From: an uncultured Bacteroidales bacterium
Lineage (GTDB): Bacteria > Bacteroidota > Bacteroidia > Bacteroidales > VadinHA17
Direction of reading: 5' to 3'
DNA: 64,000 bases
Assembly: GCA_963743775.1 (NCBI GenBank)
Contig: CAVURA010000018.1
Location: 142,518-206,517 of the forward strand
The notes below the pieces were generated by a model, which worked only from the letters and a program-made list of their open reading frames with translations, ran no database searches and was not told where the DNA came from. Position numbers and translations under genes: made by a program. Shown here piece by piece: positions 38,832-49,197 of this stretch (within the stretch, counting starts at the first letter, position 1; every line of letters starts with the position of its first letter).

Positions 38832-39572
38832 ATGATCATAGGAACTGCCATAAGACATTATGAAAAGGTGTCATCTACCAACGACCTGGCATCAGTCATG
38901 CTTCGGGCTGAAAAGCCTGCGGAAGGTACTGTAATAACAGCCTCTTTCCAGGAAGCCGGCAGGGGCCAGCAGGGTAACAGCTGGGACAGCGAGCCGGATA
39001 AGAACCTGCTGATGAGCGTAATACTCTATCCGGTCATGGTCAGGCCGGAAGAACAGTTCGTCATTTCCCAGATGGTTTCCCTTGCGGTACTTGACCTTGT
39101 GAGAGCTGAGACACCTGATGTGAAAATCAAATGGCCCAATGACATTTATGTCAGGGATGACAAAATAGCAGGTATCCTGATTGAGCACAGTATAATGGGC
39201 TACTCCATCAGCAGCACCGTGGCCGGCATAGGGCTCAACGTCAATCAGACAGAGTTCAGGAGCACACTCGCGAATCCCGTCTCGCTGGCACAGGTCACAG
39301 GCAGAAAACATGATCTGTCACTGGTAACCGGTGAGCTGTTACGCCTTCTTGACATGAGGTATGCAATGGTCATCAGCGGCATGACAGACGAACTGGCAGA
39401 AGCATATCATAATTCGCTTTACAGATGCGGCGAGTGGCACCGTTATGCTGACCGCAACGGAGAATTCCGTGGAATGATTGAACGGGTCGGGGCCGGCGGG
39501 ATGCTAATGGTCCGAAGAGAAAAGGGCCCCGTCACAGGATACGCTTTCAAAGAGATTGACTATATCCTCTGA
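38832..39572 (+). CDS. birA: biotin--[acetyl-CoA-carboxylase] ligase (no HTH domain)
   Basis: Contains STNDLA, QEAGRGQQGNSW and KWPNDIYV...KIAGILIE. Confidence 0.85.
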   Translation: MIIGTAIRHYEKVSSTNDLASVMLRAEKPAEGTVITASFQEAGRGQQGNSWDSEPDKNLLMSVILYPVMVRPEEQFVISQMVSLAVLDLVRAETPDVKIKWPNDIYVRDDKIAGILIEHSIMGYSISSTVAGIGLNVNQTEFRSTLANPVSLAQVTGRKHDLSLVTGELLRLLDMRYAMVISGMTDELAEAYHNSLYRCGEWHRYADRNGEFRGMIERVGAGGMLMVRREKGPVTGYAFKEIDYIL

Positions 39573-39993
39573 TCTTGTCATAACCACCATAATTCACAAT
39601 CATATCGATCAGTATGTCAAGATATTGCGGAGCAGCTTCTCCGATAAGCATCCTGACAAATGGGTTCATGTTCATATCAGTAGTGACATACACCTTTGAA
39701 CTATGGCTGGTCAATGATTCTATAATTACCTGCAGTAACAAATTACCGGTAAAAAAATTTTCTGCCGTATAACTGACCATGCTATGCGGAAGGGCTTCCT
39801 TCAGGGTGACAGTCACTCTTCCTGCCTTATCCACCCTGAAGCTGCATTTATCTGATGTAGCTTTCCAGTCGGATAACATGTTGTCGGGCACGACTTCCCT
39901 GAAATTGCGGACGTCTGTCAGGAACGCATAGAGGTCTCTGTCGCCGCACGGTACCTCTCCTGTTTTGCTTGTGTATGATTTTGATTGACTCAT
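39547..39993 (-). CDS. hypothetical protein, possible SRPBCC-fold
   Basis: 148-aa ORF. The assignment is weak and pattern-level only. Its 3' end overlaps the birA 3' end by 26 nt (convergent). Confidence 0.4.
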   Translation of the reverse strand: MSQSKSYTSKTGEVPCGDRDLYAFLTDVRNFREVVPDNMLSDWKATSDKCSFRVDKAGRVTVTLKEALPHSMVSYTAENFFTGNLLLQVIIESLTSHSSKVYVTTDMNMNPFVRMLIGEAAPQYLDILIDMIVNYGGYDKIRGYSQSL

Positions 39994-40103
39994 TCTACAA
40001 TAATTTGATGGCCTACAACAATACGCAATAATTTGAAAGCCTAGGTACTTCTACTTTATCCTTTAACCTTTTTTATATCCCCCGCTGCAGTCTGTCCCCT
40101 CGC

Positions 40104-40127
40104 TAAAAAAGCCCACCGGGCTTTTTA
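40104..40127 (-). terminator. rho-independent terminator after pyrE
   Basis: The minus strand reads aagcccggtgggctt followed by TTTTTT, immediately after the pyrE stop. Confidence 0.6.
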
Positions 40128-40766
40128 TTAACGCTCGGTCCCCCACGTTGACGGATTTTTCCGCCATTCCTTGAGTGTCTCGACATCGGCGGCCGAGATA
40201 TAACCCGATGCAGCAGCCATATCAACAAGGACCCCGTAGTTGCTGAGCGTATCAAGCCGGCATCCTTCATCCCTGAAGGCATCTGCCGATTTGCTGAAAC
40301 CATAGGTAAAGATGGCTATCATGCCCTGCACATCACATTCCGCCTCACGAAGAGCCTTCACGGCTCCCAGGCTGCTGCCGCCGGTGGAGATAAGATCTTC
40401 TATCACCACCACCTTCTGCCCTTTTGTGTAATGACCTTCTATCTGGTTGCCCAGCCCGTGATCCTTGGCGCCTGATCTGACATAGATGAACGGAAGATTC
40501 AATCGGTCAGCAACAAGCACACCATGGGCAATGGCACCGGTAGCCACACCGGCAATCACCTCCGCATCAGGGTATAACTCCTTTACCCTTAAGGCAAACG
40601 AATCTCCAATAAAAGAACGCACCTCCGGGAACGACAGCGTCATGCGGTTATCGCAATAAATGGGCGACTTCCAGCCTGATGCCCATGTAAAAGGTTTTGC
40701 CGGTTGCAATTTAATTGCTTTTATTTGTAAAAGATATTCTGCAGTTTTTCTGGCGATATCATCCAT
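40128..40766 (-). CDS. pyrE: orotate phosphoribosyltransferase
   Basis: Trimmed to the ATG at 40766 (MDDIARKTAEYLLQIKAIKL...). PRPP-binding motif VVVIEDLISTGGS. Confidence 0.9.
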   Translation of the reverse strand: MDDIARKTAEYLLQIKAIKLQPAKPFTWASGWKSPIYCDNRMTLSFPEVRSFIGDSFALRVKELYPDAEVIAGVATGAIAHGVLVADRLNLPFIYVRSGAKDHGLGNQIEGHYTKGQKVVVIEDLISTGGSSLGAVKALREAECDVQGMIAIFTYGFSKSADAFRDEGCRLDTLSNYGVLVDMAAASGYISAADVETLKEWRKNPSTWGTER

Positions 40767-41384
40767 ATGCTTAAGTATAAGGTATATTTTGACAACAGGG
40801 TTATTACCCTCTCTCCTGAACCCGACCGGCTGCAAAAATACGCTCTTTTTCACAATTACAGCGAGCCGGAGGCTATGTACAGCCAAATATCCCAGTTTGC
40901 CGTCAATAATGACATCCCTTCATTAAATATTTATTCATCTGATATCAACAACCTGTGGAATGCCTTCTGTGCATGGTTTATTGTAATCGAGGCTGCCGGC
41001 GGACTCGTGAGCCACACTTCGGGAAAGTACCTGTTCATTAAACGCTATGGCAGGTGGGATGTGCCCAAGGGGCATATTGAAAAAGGCGAGACCCCGGAGG
41101 AATGCGCCCTACGGGAGGTCACGGAAGAGTGTAATATAAGGGGGCATGTCATCAGGGGATCGCTGCCTCCAAGCTACCATACCTATCTTTATGACAATAA
41201 ACCCCACATGAAAAAGACATACTGGTTCACGATGAATTATGAAGGGGATATGATTACGGAACCGCAGGCTGAAGAGGGAATTACCCATGCCGAATGGCTC
41301 GCACCCGATGATATAGCCAAAATCAAATCAAACACCTACCAGTCCCTGCTTGACCTGATGAACATAACCCTGAGGGTAAAGTGA
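40767..41384 (+). CDS. NUDIX hydrolase with an N-terminal extension of about 70 aa
   Basis: Nudix box GHIEKGETPEECALREVTEECN. Confidence 0.8.
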   Translation: MLKYKVYFDNRVITLSPEPDRLQKYALFHNYSEPEAMYSQISQFAVNNDIPSLNIYSSDINNLWNAFCAWFIVIEAAGGLVSHTSGKYLFIKRYGRWDVPKGHIEKGETPEECALREVTEECNIRGHVIRGSLPPSYHTYLYDNKPHMKKTYWFTMNYEGDMITEPQAEEGITHAEWLAPDDIAKIKSNTYQSLLDLMNITLRVK

Positions 41385-41861
41385 TCATTTGGTGAGATAA
41401 TCCGAAATCTTAATCACTGAGGGAACGAACGGTGAGGCATCGCCGCCGTTAACTATAATATCACGGACAATTGTTGAATTGACAGGAGTGTGCTCATTGC
41501 TTGTAAGCAGAAAGACCGTGTCAATCTCCGGAGCCATCTTCCTGTTCATCTGACCCATGGCTCTCTCATATTCAAAATCAGCGGCAGTGCGCAATCCTCT
41601 CAGTATATAACTTGCCTTGCTCTTCCTGCAGAAATCGACTGTCAGACCGCGGTACCTGGTGACAACCACCCTGCTTTCACCGTCAAATACCTTTGAGATC
41701 ATTTTCATGCGGTTCTCAATACTGAAGAGATTCTTTTTCTCTGTATTCTCACCGACGGCGATAATCACCTTGTCGAAAAGCATAATGGCCCTTCTGACCA
41801 GGGCCTCGTGACCCACAGTAAAAGGATCGAATGAACCAGGGAAGAGAGCTGTCTTATTCAT
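41385..41861 (-). CDS. coaD: pantetheine-phosphate adenylyltransferase
   Basis: Contains GSFDPFTVGH and a typical 158-aa PPAT. Confidence 0.95.
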   Translation of the reverse strand: MNKTALFPGSFDPFTVGHEALVRRAIMLFDKVIIAVGENTEKKNLFSIENRMKMISKVFDGESRVVVTRYRGLTVDFCRKSKASYILRGLRTAADFEYERAMGQMNRKMAPEIDTVFLLTSNEHTPVNSTIVRDIIVNGGDASPFVPSVIKISDYLTK

Positions 41862-41878
41862 GATGAGCAGTTTATCGG

Positions 41879-44341
41879 TTAGTCGAAATCTATCACACGG
41901 GGGTTGGTCACTTTCTGGCTGAGCAGCACCTGGTTGATGACATCCATAATAGTGTCAACATAATTGAACTTCAGTCCGCGCACATACTTTTCATTGATCT
42001 CCTCAACATCCTTGCGGTTAAGTTCAGAAAGCACTATCTCCCGGATACCCGCCCGCTTTGCAGCGAGTATCTTCTCCTTAATGCCTCCCACAGGCAATAC
42101 CTTGCCCCTGAGTGTTATCTCACCCGTCATGGCCACATACTTTTTTACCTTGCGCTGGGTGAAGGCTGACGCAATGGAGACAGCCATGGTGATGCCGGCA
42201 GACGGACCATCTTTGGGAATTGCGCCCTCGGGAACATGAATGTGGATATTCCATTTCTCAGAGAACGTCTCAGGGAGGTCAAGCATCGGAGCATGGGCCT
42301 TGAGATACTCAAGCGCAATCACTGCTGATTCCTTCATCACATCTCCCAGGTTACCGGTCAGCGTCAGGTTGCCTTTGCCCCTGCTGAGGCTTGTCTCCAC
42401 GAACAGTATCTCTCCACCGGTTGCTGTCCAGGCCAGTCCTGTAACCACTCCGGCCTGATCATTGCCGTCATAAATATCCTTGATATACTTTGGCGGTCCG
42501 AGAATTTCCATCACATCAGCAATGGAAAGCTTCTCTTCCGGGGTTTTATCAAAGGCTATCTCCCTGGCCCTGTGCCTGACCAGTTTTGCAATACGCTTAT
42601 CAAGCTCCCTGACCCCCGACTCGCGGGTATATTTCTGGATGACCTCTTCAATGACCTGCTTCGAAAGGGAAAACTGTGTGCTTTTGACGCCGTGGGCTTC
42701 GAGCTGTTTGGGAATAAGGTGCTTTACTGCTATCTCCCTCTTCTCCTCCACAAGGTAGCCTGAAATCTCTATCAACTCCATCCTGTCCCGCAAAGCAGGA
42801 CTGACTGTAGCCAGGGTGTTTGCCGTAGCGATGAAAAGTACCTTCGACAGGTCATATTCCATCTCGAGGAAATTATCATAGAAGTGTGTGTTCTGCTCCG
42901 GGTCGAGGACTTCCAGGAGTGCTGATGACGGGTCACCCCTGAAATCCTGCCCAACTTTATCAACCTCGTCAAGTATAAATACGGGATTGGAAGATCCTGC
43001 GCGCCGTATATTTTGCACAACCCTTCCGGGCATGGCACCAATATATGTCTTTCGATGCCCCCTGATCTCCGCCTCGTCATGCAATCCGCCCAGTGACATA
43101 CGGGCATACTTGCGTCCCAGGGCGCGGGCAACTGATTTGCCAAGTGAGGTCTTGCCAACACCCGGAGGGCCGTAAAGACACAGGATGGGAGACTTCATGT
43201 CGCCCTTAAGCTTCAGTACTGCCAGATGCTCCAGCATCCTTTCCTTGACCTCCTCAAGCCCGTAGTGGTCCTCATCAAGAACACGCTGTGCGTTGTTAAG
43301 GTCAAGATTATCAGGAGTATATTCATTCCACGGCAGCTCAAGCAGAGTCTGTATATAATTTACCTGCACCGAGTATTCGGCAGCGGCAGGATTAAGCCGG
43401 GAGAGTTTTTCGAGCTCGCGGTCGAACACCTTTGCCACATCCTCGTTCCAGAGTTTTTTTGTGCCTCTCGCGCGGAACTCCTCCACTTCCTTCTCAACAG
43501 GATTGCCGCCCAGTTCGTTCTGAATGGTCTTCATCTGCTGATGCAGGAGGAACTCACGCTGTTGCTGGTCTATCTCATACTTGACCTTTGACTGCAGCTC
43601 ATTCTTCAGCTCCATGAGCTGTATCTCACGCACAAGGTGCTCAAGCAGTCGCAGTCCGCGCTCTTTCAGAGTCGATGCCTCAAGCAGTTTCTGCTTGTCG
43701 TTGACATTTATCTCAGTGTTGGCGCAGATGTAGTTAATAAGGTAGGTGCTGTTCTCAATATTCTTGACAGCAAAAGAAGCTTCAGGACTAATATTCGGGT
43801 TCAGTTTTACAATCTTCATCGAAAGGTCTTTCAGTGATCCGATGATCACCTCGAAATCCTTTTCATCTTCGCCACCCTTGTTATCGGGAATGGCTTTCAC
43901 CTGGGCAGTGAGGTATGGCTCCGTCTGCACTATGTTAAGAACGGAGATGCGTCTGCGGCCCTGGAGGATGGCGGTGGTTGTTCCGTCAGGCATCTCCAGC
44001 AGCTTCACTATCTGTCCAAGTGTACCGACGACATTCAGGTCACGTATCTGCGGGTCATCAATCTCCGCGTCAAGCTGGGCCACTGCGGCAACGAGTTTAT
44101 CACCGCGATAGGCTTCACGCACCAGCTGAACTGATTTTTTGCGTCCCACGGCAATGGGTATCACCACTCCGGGAAACAGCACCGTGTTTCGCAGCGGCAG
44201 CAAAGGCACGCTTCCCGGGATCTCCACTTCGTCAAGCTCCTGATCATCTCCATCGGAAAGAATGGGTATAATCTCCCTCCCTTCATCGATCAGCTCATGA
44301 AAGCCGACACTCTCCCACTTCTTAAAATCTCTTTTCTCCAT
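41879..44341 (-). CDS. lon: ATP-dependent Lon protease (LonA)
   Basis: Trimmed to the ATG at 44341. It has a LON N-domain, Walker [10 protein letters not shown] and the protease motif KDGPSAG. Confidence 0.95.
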   Translation of the reverse strand: MEKRDFKKWESVGFHELIDEGREIIPILSDGDDQELDEVEIPGSVPLLPLRNTVLFPGVVIPIAVGRKKSVQLVREAYRGDKLVAAVAQLDAEIDDPQIRDLNVVGTLGQIVKLLEMPDGTTTAILQGRRRISVLNIVQTEPYLTAQVKAIPDNKGGEDEKDFEVIIGSLKDLSMKIVKLNPNISPEASFAVKNIENSTYLINYICANTEINVNDKQKLLEASTLKERGLRLLEHLVREIQLMELKNELQSKVKYEIDQQQREFLLHQQMKTIQNELGGNPVEKEVEEFRARGTKKLWNEDVAKVFDRELEKLSRLNPAAAEYSVQVNYIQTLLELPWNEYTPDNLDLNNAQRVLDEDHYGLEEVKERMLEHLAVLKLKGDMKSPILCLYGPPGVGKTSLGKSVARALGRKYARMSLGGLHDEAEIRGHRKTYIGAMPGRVVQNIRRAGSSNPVFILDEVDKVGQDFRGDPSSALLEVLDPEQNTHFYDNFLEMEYDLSKVLFIATANTLATVSPALRDRMELIEISGYLVEEKREIAVKHLIPKQLEAHGVKSTQFSLSKQVIEEVIQKYTRESGVRELDKRIAKLVRHRAREIAFDKTPEEKLSIADVMEILGPPKYIKDIYDGNDQAGVVTGLAWTATGGEILFVETSLSRGKGNLTLTGNLGDVMKESAVIALEYLKAHAPMLDLPETFSEKWNIHIHVPEGAIPKDGPSAGITMAVSIASAFTQRKVKKYVAMTGEITLRGKVLPVGGIKEKILAAKRAGIREIVLSELNRKDVEEINEKYVRGLKFNYVDTIMDVINQVLLSQKVTNPRVIDFD

Positions 44342-44391
44342 AAAAACTGTAAACCATGCAAAATTAGTCAAATAAACTTTACTGCCTATTC

Positions 44392-44417
44392 AAAAAAAAA
44401 GCTGCCATCCCGGCAGC
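44392..44417 (-). terminator. rho-independent terminator after rpmE2
   Basis: The minus strand reads gctgcc-gggat-ggcagc followed by a run of nine T. Confidence 0.75.
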
Positions 44418-44438
44418 TTTTATGAGTAAGATTGTCTT

Positions 44439-44705
44439 TTACTTCGTCTTCTTGTCAAGGTGAGACTTGTAGCGGTTCATATACTTATCGACCCTTCCGG
44501 CAGTGTCAACAAGTTTCATCTTGCCGGTATAGAATGGATGGGAAGTATTTGATATCTCAAGCTTGATAAGCGGATATTCATTGCCGTCTTCCCACTTGAT
44601 GGTATCACGCGACGAGGCTGTTGAACGTGTGATAAAAGCTGTGCCGTTTGACATATCCTGAAATACAACCAACCTGTAATTGCCCGGATGTATACCTTCT
44701 TTCAT
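44439..44705 (-). CDS. rpmE2: 50S ribosomal protein L31 type B
   Basis: Trimmed to the ATG at 44705 ([10 protein letters not shown]...). It lacks the CxxC pairs and contains HPFYTGK. Confidence 0.9.
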   Translation of the reverse strand: MKEGIHPGNYRLVVFQDMSNGTAFITRSTASSRDTIKWEDGNEYPLIKLEISNTSHPFYTGKMKLVDTAGRVDKYMNRYKSHLDKKTK

Positions 44706-44801
44706 CTCCTGATATAATTTGTTTCTGATTAAAAAACCCTTTTCCAAGGGTTTGCAAAGATAATGAACTTTAGGAAAATACAAAAGGAGTGATAAAAATT
44801 T

Positions 44802-46010
44802 TCACGTTTTATGCCGGAGCTGACGCTCAGCCTTATTTTCCTCCATTTCAAGCCTGTATGTTTTAAATGGTAATTTATCATTTATCATGTACCTGAAGGT
44901 CAGGTGGGTTTTGGCTTTCGATGCTCCGAGTGCCTCATAGATGGCAATCATTTTAGGATTGAAATCGCCGACCCATGAGAGCTCGAGCTCCTTGTAAAAG
45001 CGTTTCCTGCGGAAGACTTTGAAGAGTTGGAGGAAGATAGCCGATTCAATTCCGCTGTTCTGGTAAGCGGGGTTAACCCCGGCCACAAGGGCCCGCATAC
45101 GGGTCATCCTGTGAGTTAGTTTGAACCATACGAACCTTATAATGTTCCATGGCGTGAGCTTCCCGTTAAAGTATTTTATGATCTGGTTCAGATCAGGAAA
45201 AATGACGAAGAAGGCTATAGGCTTGTCGTTGTGGTAGGCATACCATATCAGATCCTGGTCAATAAATGCTTTCGCCTGCTTCAGGGTATTACGGAGCATC
45301 CCCGGGTCGAGCGGGGTGAAGTCCTCCTTGAATACAGACCAGGTTGCATTATAAATGTCGACCATGTCGGCAATGAACTTGTCCTGCTTACTGTACTCAA
45401 AATGCCGGAAGCTGTGCCCCGGTCTTTTGGATACCCACTCTGCAATCTTCATGAACCGTTCCGGGAAAACCTCGACGGAACCTATATCCTTGTGATAGCT
45501 GTACTGCTCAAAATAGGTTTTAAAACCGTAGTCCTCAAAAAAGTGTCTGTAATACTTCTTATTATATGGCATTCCGAATCCCGGCTGGGTGAAGCCTTCA
45601 ACGAGCAACCCCCAGTAATTGTCGTTCTCACCGAAGTTGATCGGGCCGTCCATTGCTTCCATACCCCTGTCGGAAAGCCACTTGCGGGCTGTATCGAAGA
45701 GAACGGTTGCAGCTTCCGCTGAATCAATGACCTCAAAGAAACCAAAGCCGCCGGTCGGCTGTCTGTTTGCCTTTGATCGTATCTCATCAATGAATGCAGC
45801 CACCCTCCCGATGGTATTGTTATTGTCGTCAACAAGCAGCCACCGTATGGCTTCTCCGCGCCTGAAAGCCATATTCCTCGAAAAGTCAAAAACAGCCTCA
45901 ACCTCGCTGTCCAGAGGGCATACCCAGTTGGGATCTCCCCTGTAGAGCCTCTTAGGGAATTCTGTAAACTCCTTCCTGTGGCCTTTTGCTGTCACTTCAA
46001 CTGTTTTCAT
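44802..46010 (-). CDS. GNAT-fold protein of unknown function
   Basis: 402-aa ORF. The C-terminal part has an acetyl-CoA-binding-like motif (VNPAYQNSGIESAIF). The N-terminal half is unassigned. Confidence 0.5.
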   Translation of the reverse strand: MKTVEVTAKGHRKEFTEFPKRLYRGDPNWVCPLDSEVEAVFDFSRNMAFRRGEAIRWLLVDDNNNTIGRVAAFIDEIRSKANRQPTGGFGFFEVIDSAEAATVLFDTARKWLSDRGMEAMDGPINFGENDNYWGLLVEGFTQPGFGMPYNKKYYRHFFEDYGFKTYFEQYSYHKDIGSVEVFPERFMKIAEWVSKRPGHSFRHFEYSKQDKFIADMVDIYNATWSVFKEDFTPLDPGMLRNTLKQAKAFIDQDLIWYAYHNDKPIAFFVIFPDLNQIIKYFNGKLTPWNIIRFVWFKLTHRMTRMRALVAGVNPAYQNSGIESAIFLQLFKVFRRKRFYKELELSWVGDFNPKMIAIYEALGASKAKTHLTFRYMINDKLPFKTYRLEMEENKAERQLRHKT

Positions 46011-46013
46011 CTG

Positions 46014-47513
46014 TCAGCTCTGAAGGTTAAACCATGTCTTCACTTTCTCCCTGCCGGATCCTGTGTCATCCTTGTGTCTGTACTCGTTTGTCCGCCGGTC
46101 ATAGTTATAATCTTTGCTCCAGCCTGAGGCATCAGCCTGTATCTCAGTAAGTGCGATGATGACGGAATCAAGTTCGTTGTCGGTCATCGTCGGATGAAGT
46201 GACAGTCGTACCCATCCCGGTTTCTCTGAAAAGTCTCCCTTATTGATCATCTCGGTAATTCTGTGGCTGTGATCATAGGTGACATCAAGCAGGAAATGGC
46301 CGTAAGTGCCTGCGCAGGCACACCCGCCCCTGACCTGGATGCCGTACCTGTCGCTCAGGAGCTTGACAACCAGATTGTAATGCATGCCGTCGATATAAAA
46401 AGATATAGCCCCCAGTCTCTCCTTTATGTCTGGTGCAAGTATATGCAGGCCTGGAATGCCCGAAAGTCCGTCCAATGCTTTTTTGACCAGCTCATCCTCA
46501 CGTTCCCTGATCATCTCCGTCCCCATGAGATGTTTGAGCTCCATGGCCAGCGCAGCCCTGATCATCTGAAGGAAGCCCGGTGTACCGCCATCCTCCCTCG
46601 ACTCAATGTTATCGACATACTTATACTCCCCCCAGGGGTTTGTCCAGTCAACCGTGCCGCCACCGGGCTGATCAGGTGCAGTTGCCTTGTAAAGGGATTT
46701 GTCAAAAAGCATTATGCCTGATGACCCCGGGCCGCCAAGAAACTTATGGGGTGAAAAGAATATTGCGTCTAGTTTTTCAATGCTGTCGGCAGGGTGCATA
46801 TTGATGTCAACGTACGGGGCCGAGGCGGCAAAATCAATGAAGCAAAGGCCTCCGTTCTCATGCATGATGCGCGCCAGCCGGTGATAGGGAGTGAATACAC
46901 CCGTGACATTGGAGCAGGCAGAGAATGAGCCTATTTTGAATTTACGGTCTTTGTAGACCTCAAGAGCTTTCTGAAGGTTGCCGGGGTCAACTGTAAGACC
47001 CTGACCAGGCTCGATCATCACGACATCGGCAATTGTCTCATACCATGACGTCTGGTTTGAATGATGTTCAATATGTGTGATGAAAACGACAGGACGGTCA
47101 ATGTCACTCAGACAACGGGCTGTCCTGGGGTAACTGCATCCCTTCAGGCCCAGTATTCTCTGGAACTTGTTTATTACCGCAGTCATGCCTGAGCCTGCAG
47201 CTATGAGCACATCATCACTGCCCGCATTCACATGCGTCTTGATGATCTCCTGCGCATGATGGTACGCATAGGTCATCATCGACCCTGTTTCCGATGTCTC
47301 GGTGTGTGTATTGGCAACAAATGGTCCGAAGACATCCGAAATCTTTTTTTCAATGGGTCCGTAGAGCCTTCCGCTGGCTATCCAGTCGCAGTAGATGATC
47401 CTCTTCCTTCCAAAGGGGGTTTCATACTCCTGATTTATACCCACGATATTTTTGCGAATTTCCCCGAAATAGCTTTCTGACCGGCTCATCTGATCCCTTA
47501 CATTTGCTGGCAT
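46014..47513 (-). CDS. class V aminotransferase-fold PLP enzyme (cysteine desulfurase-like, long form)
   Basis: PLP-lysine motif FSPHKFLGGPGSSG. 499 aa. Confidence 0.8.
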   Translation of the reverse strand: MPANVRDQMSRSESYFGEIRKNIVGINQEYETPFGRKRIIYCDWIASGRLYGPIEKKISDVFGPFVANTHTETSETGSMMTYAYHHAQEIIKTHVNAGSDDVLIAAGSGMTAVINKFQRILGLKGCSYPRTARCLSDIDRPVVFITHIEHHSNQTSWYETIADVVMIEPGQGLTVDPGNLQKALEVYKDRKFKIGSFSACSNVTGVFTPYHRLARIMHENGGLCFIDFAASAPYVDINMHPADSIEKLDAIFFSPHKFLGGPGSSGIMLFDKSLYKATAPDQPGGGTVDWTNPWGEYKYVDNIESREDGGTPGFLQMIRAALAMELKHLMGTEMIREREDELVKKALDGLSGIPGLHILAPDIKERLGAISFYIDGMHYNLVVKLLSDRYGIQVRGGCACAGTYGHFLLDVTYDHSHRITEMINKGDFSEKPGWVRLSLHPTMTDNELDSVIIALTEIQADASGWSKDYNYDRRTNEYRHKDDTGSGREKVKTWFNLQS

Positions 47514-47571
47514 AAATTATATGCCTCAAATATAATTCTTTTTGACTTCCGTGGCAGAGACGGCAGTCTGA

Positions 47572-48918
47572 CTAATGGAAGTCAATGACCCTGTGGTCAA
47601 TAAGGACAAAAAGAATTACCAGGATGGCAGAATATATAATCCATTTAACCACAGGAATATAATCTGTCGGTTTGATCTTCATCTTTTTCCATACATACCA
47701 TATAAGGAAGATCTTTTCAAGTGAATAGACGATGAATGTTGCCAGCGCGACACCGACCACCCCGTAGGGTTTAATCAGGAAGAGGCTGAGGGGGATGTTT
47801 ATCGCTATCTCGACTGAAGCTGCGATCAGAGTGATGTTTGTTTTCTTCCGGCCGATGATGATTGTCTGCGGAAAGACAAGTCTTGGTATGATAAGCAAAA
47901 GATATATCATGAAGACATCCGCGCTGCGTCTGAACTCGGTAGTAAAGAGGCGGGGGAAAACCCATCGTGCCACGAGCATAGTAACCATGGAAACCGGGAA
48001 AAGATAGTGCATCAGTTTTTCTGATTTTTCCTTCAGGGTGACAAGGGCTTCTCTCATCCCCTCCCTGGTACCGAACCGCGGCAGGAGGGCATTGCTGAGA
48101 CCATTGGCAAGCAGCAGGACAAGGGGAAACTCCTTCGCGCCGTAACGGTACATTGCAAAGACACCGGGGTCCTCATAACGGGCTGAAATGATTATGCCGT
48201 CAACATACTGGGCTGACCCGCTGATGAGGAACGTAAGTATAAGGGGCATGCCCACCCGAAGCTGTTCCCGGATAAAGTCAAACGATACCTTCATTAAAGT
48301 GTACCGCCTGAGGAGGATTATAAGCCATATCCACCTCATCAGAGTAATGGCAAGGAGACCAAGAATGGCGCTCTGCTCATCAAAACCGGCGATTACCGGT
48401 GAGATAACGAACAGCAGCTGGGCTAAATAAGTATAGACTCCGTATTGTAAAATACGGTGTGGCCTGTTGTTAAGAAGATATATATATTCTATAAGAGCAA
48501 CCGGGTTGCTGAAGAGGATATACAGGAGCAGAAGGTTGGCATAAGGAATTTCCCTCTTCAGGTCCATGGTACCTAGTACGCTCTTTATAGGAATGCCAAG
48601 GGCGAAAACGAGTATGCTGAAGAATAATATCAGCAGGAAAGCATTGAATATCTCCGGAGATTTTCTCCCCTCGGACTCGCCGCTGACATGGAATGTCCTG
48701 TTCCGGTTATAGAGCGTAAGAAGCGACTGGATTATGCCGGAGACCCAGAAGAAGCTGAGCAGGCTGGAGATGAAAAGGAACAGCTCCCATGTTCCAATCT
48801 GTGGCCTCGAGAGATGGCTTTTGGTAAAAACTACGCTGATGATCAGGAAGGTTGCAAATCTGAGCAGTTGCACGGACTGCAATCCTGAGATATTGTCTAT
48901 GAACTTAAACCTGGCCAA
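47572..48918 (-). CDS. MOP-superfamily oligosaccharide/polysaccharide flippase (Wzx-like)
   Basis: 448-aa ORF with about 12-14 TM segments and the general pattern of polysaccharide-biosynthesis flippases. Confidence 0.6.
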   Translation of the reverse strand: MARFKFIDNISGLQSVQLLRFATFLIISVVFTKSHLSRPQIGTWELFLFISSLLSFFWVSGIIQSLLTLYNRNRTFHVSGESEGRKSPEIFNAFLLILFFSILVFALGIPIKSVLGTMDLKREIPYANLLLLYILFSNPVALIEYIYLLNNRPHRILQYGVYTYLAQLLFVISPVIAGFDEQSAILGLLAITLMRWIWLIILLRRYTLMKVSFDFIREQLRVGMPLILTFLISGSAQYVDGIIISARYEDPGVFAMYRYGAKEFPLVLLLANGLSNALLPRFGTREGMREALVTLKEKSEKLMHYLFPVSMVTMLVARWVFPRLFTTEFRRSADVFMIYLLLIIPRLVFPQTIIIGRKKTNITLIAASVEIAINIPLSLFLIKPYGVVGVALATFIVYSLEKIFLIWYVWKKMKIKPTDYIPVVKWIIYSAILVILFVLIDHRVIDFH

Positions 48919-49075
48919 TAGATACGGTTAATGAAACAGGAACGATTAGGAGCGTCAATAATTGTACCATTCGCTTTCCCGGCGACTAAGATACGATTTG
49001 GGATGTATGAATGACAAAATGAGGTTAAAAATTTGCAGAATGGGATTTTTGCTGTTTCTTTGCACTCCGTAAAAC

Positions 49076-49152
49076 GGTGGTTGTAGCTCAGTTGGTTAGA
49101 GCGCCAGATTGTGGATCTGGAGGTCGCCGGTTCGAACCCGGTCTTCCACCCA
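49076..49152 (+). tRNA. tRNA-His (GTG) with G-1
   Basis: The cloverleaf was read by hand. It has G-1, the acceptor 5' strand gtggttg, D-arm gctc/gagc, anticodon stem ccaga/tctgg with loop ttGTGga, and T-arm gccgg-ttcgaac-ccggt. The acceptor 3' strand is cttccac, then c. Positions 5:68 and 6:67 are U-U. Confidence 0.8.
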
Positions 49153-49159
49153 AGCATTA

Positions 49160-49197
49160 AAGGCTGTCCGTGAAAACGGTCAGCCTTATTTTTTTTA
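49160..49197 (+). terminator. rho-independent terminator after tRNA-His
   Basis: Stem aaggctgtccg/cggtcagcctt (one mismatch), loop tgaaaa, then a T-rich tract (aTTTTTTTT). Confidence 0.75.

Noticed and set aside
48897-49157. 86-aa minus-strand ORF
   Set aside because: It is the antisense reading of tRNA-His (the peptide contains GFEPATS..., a typical tRNA shadow) and of the flanking spacer.
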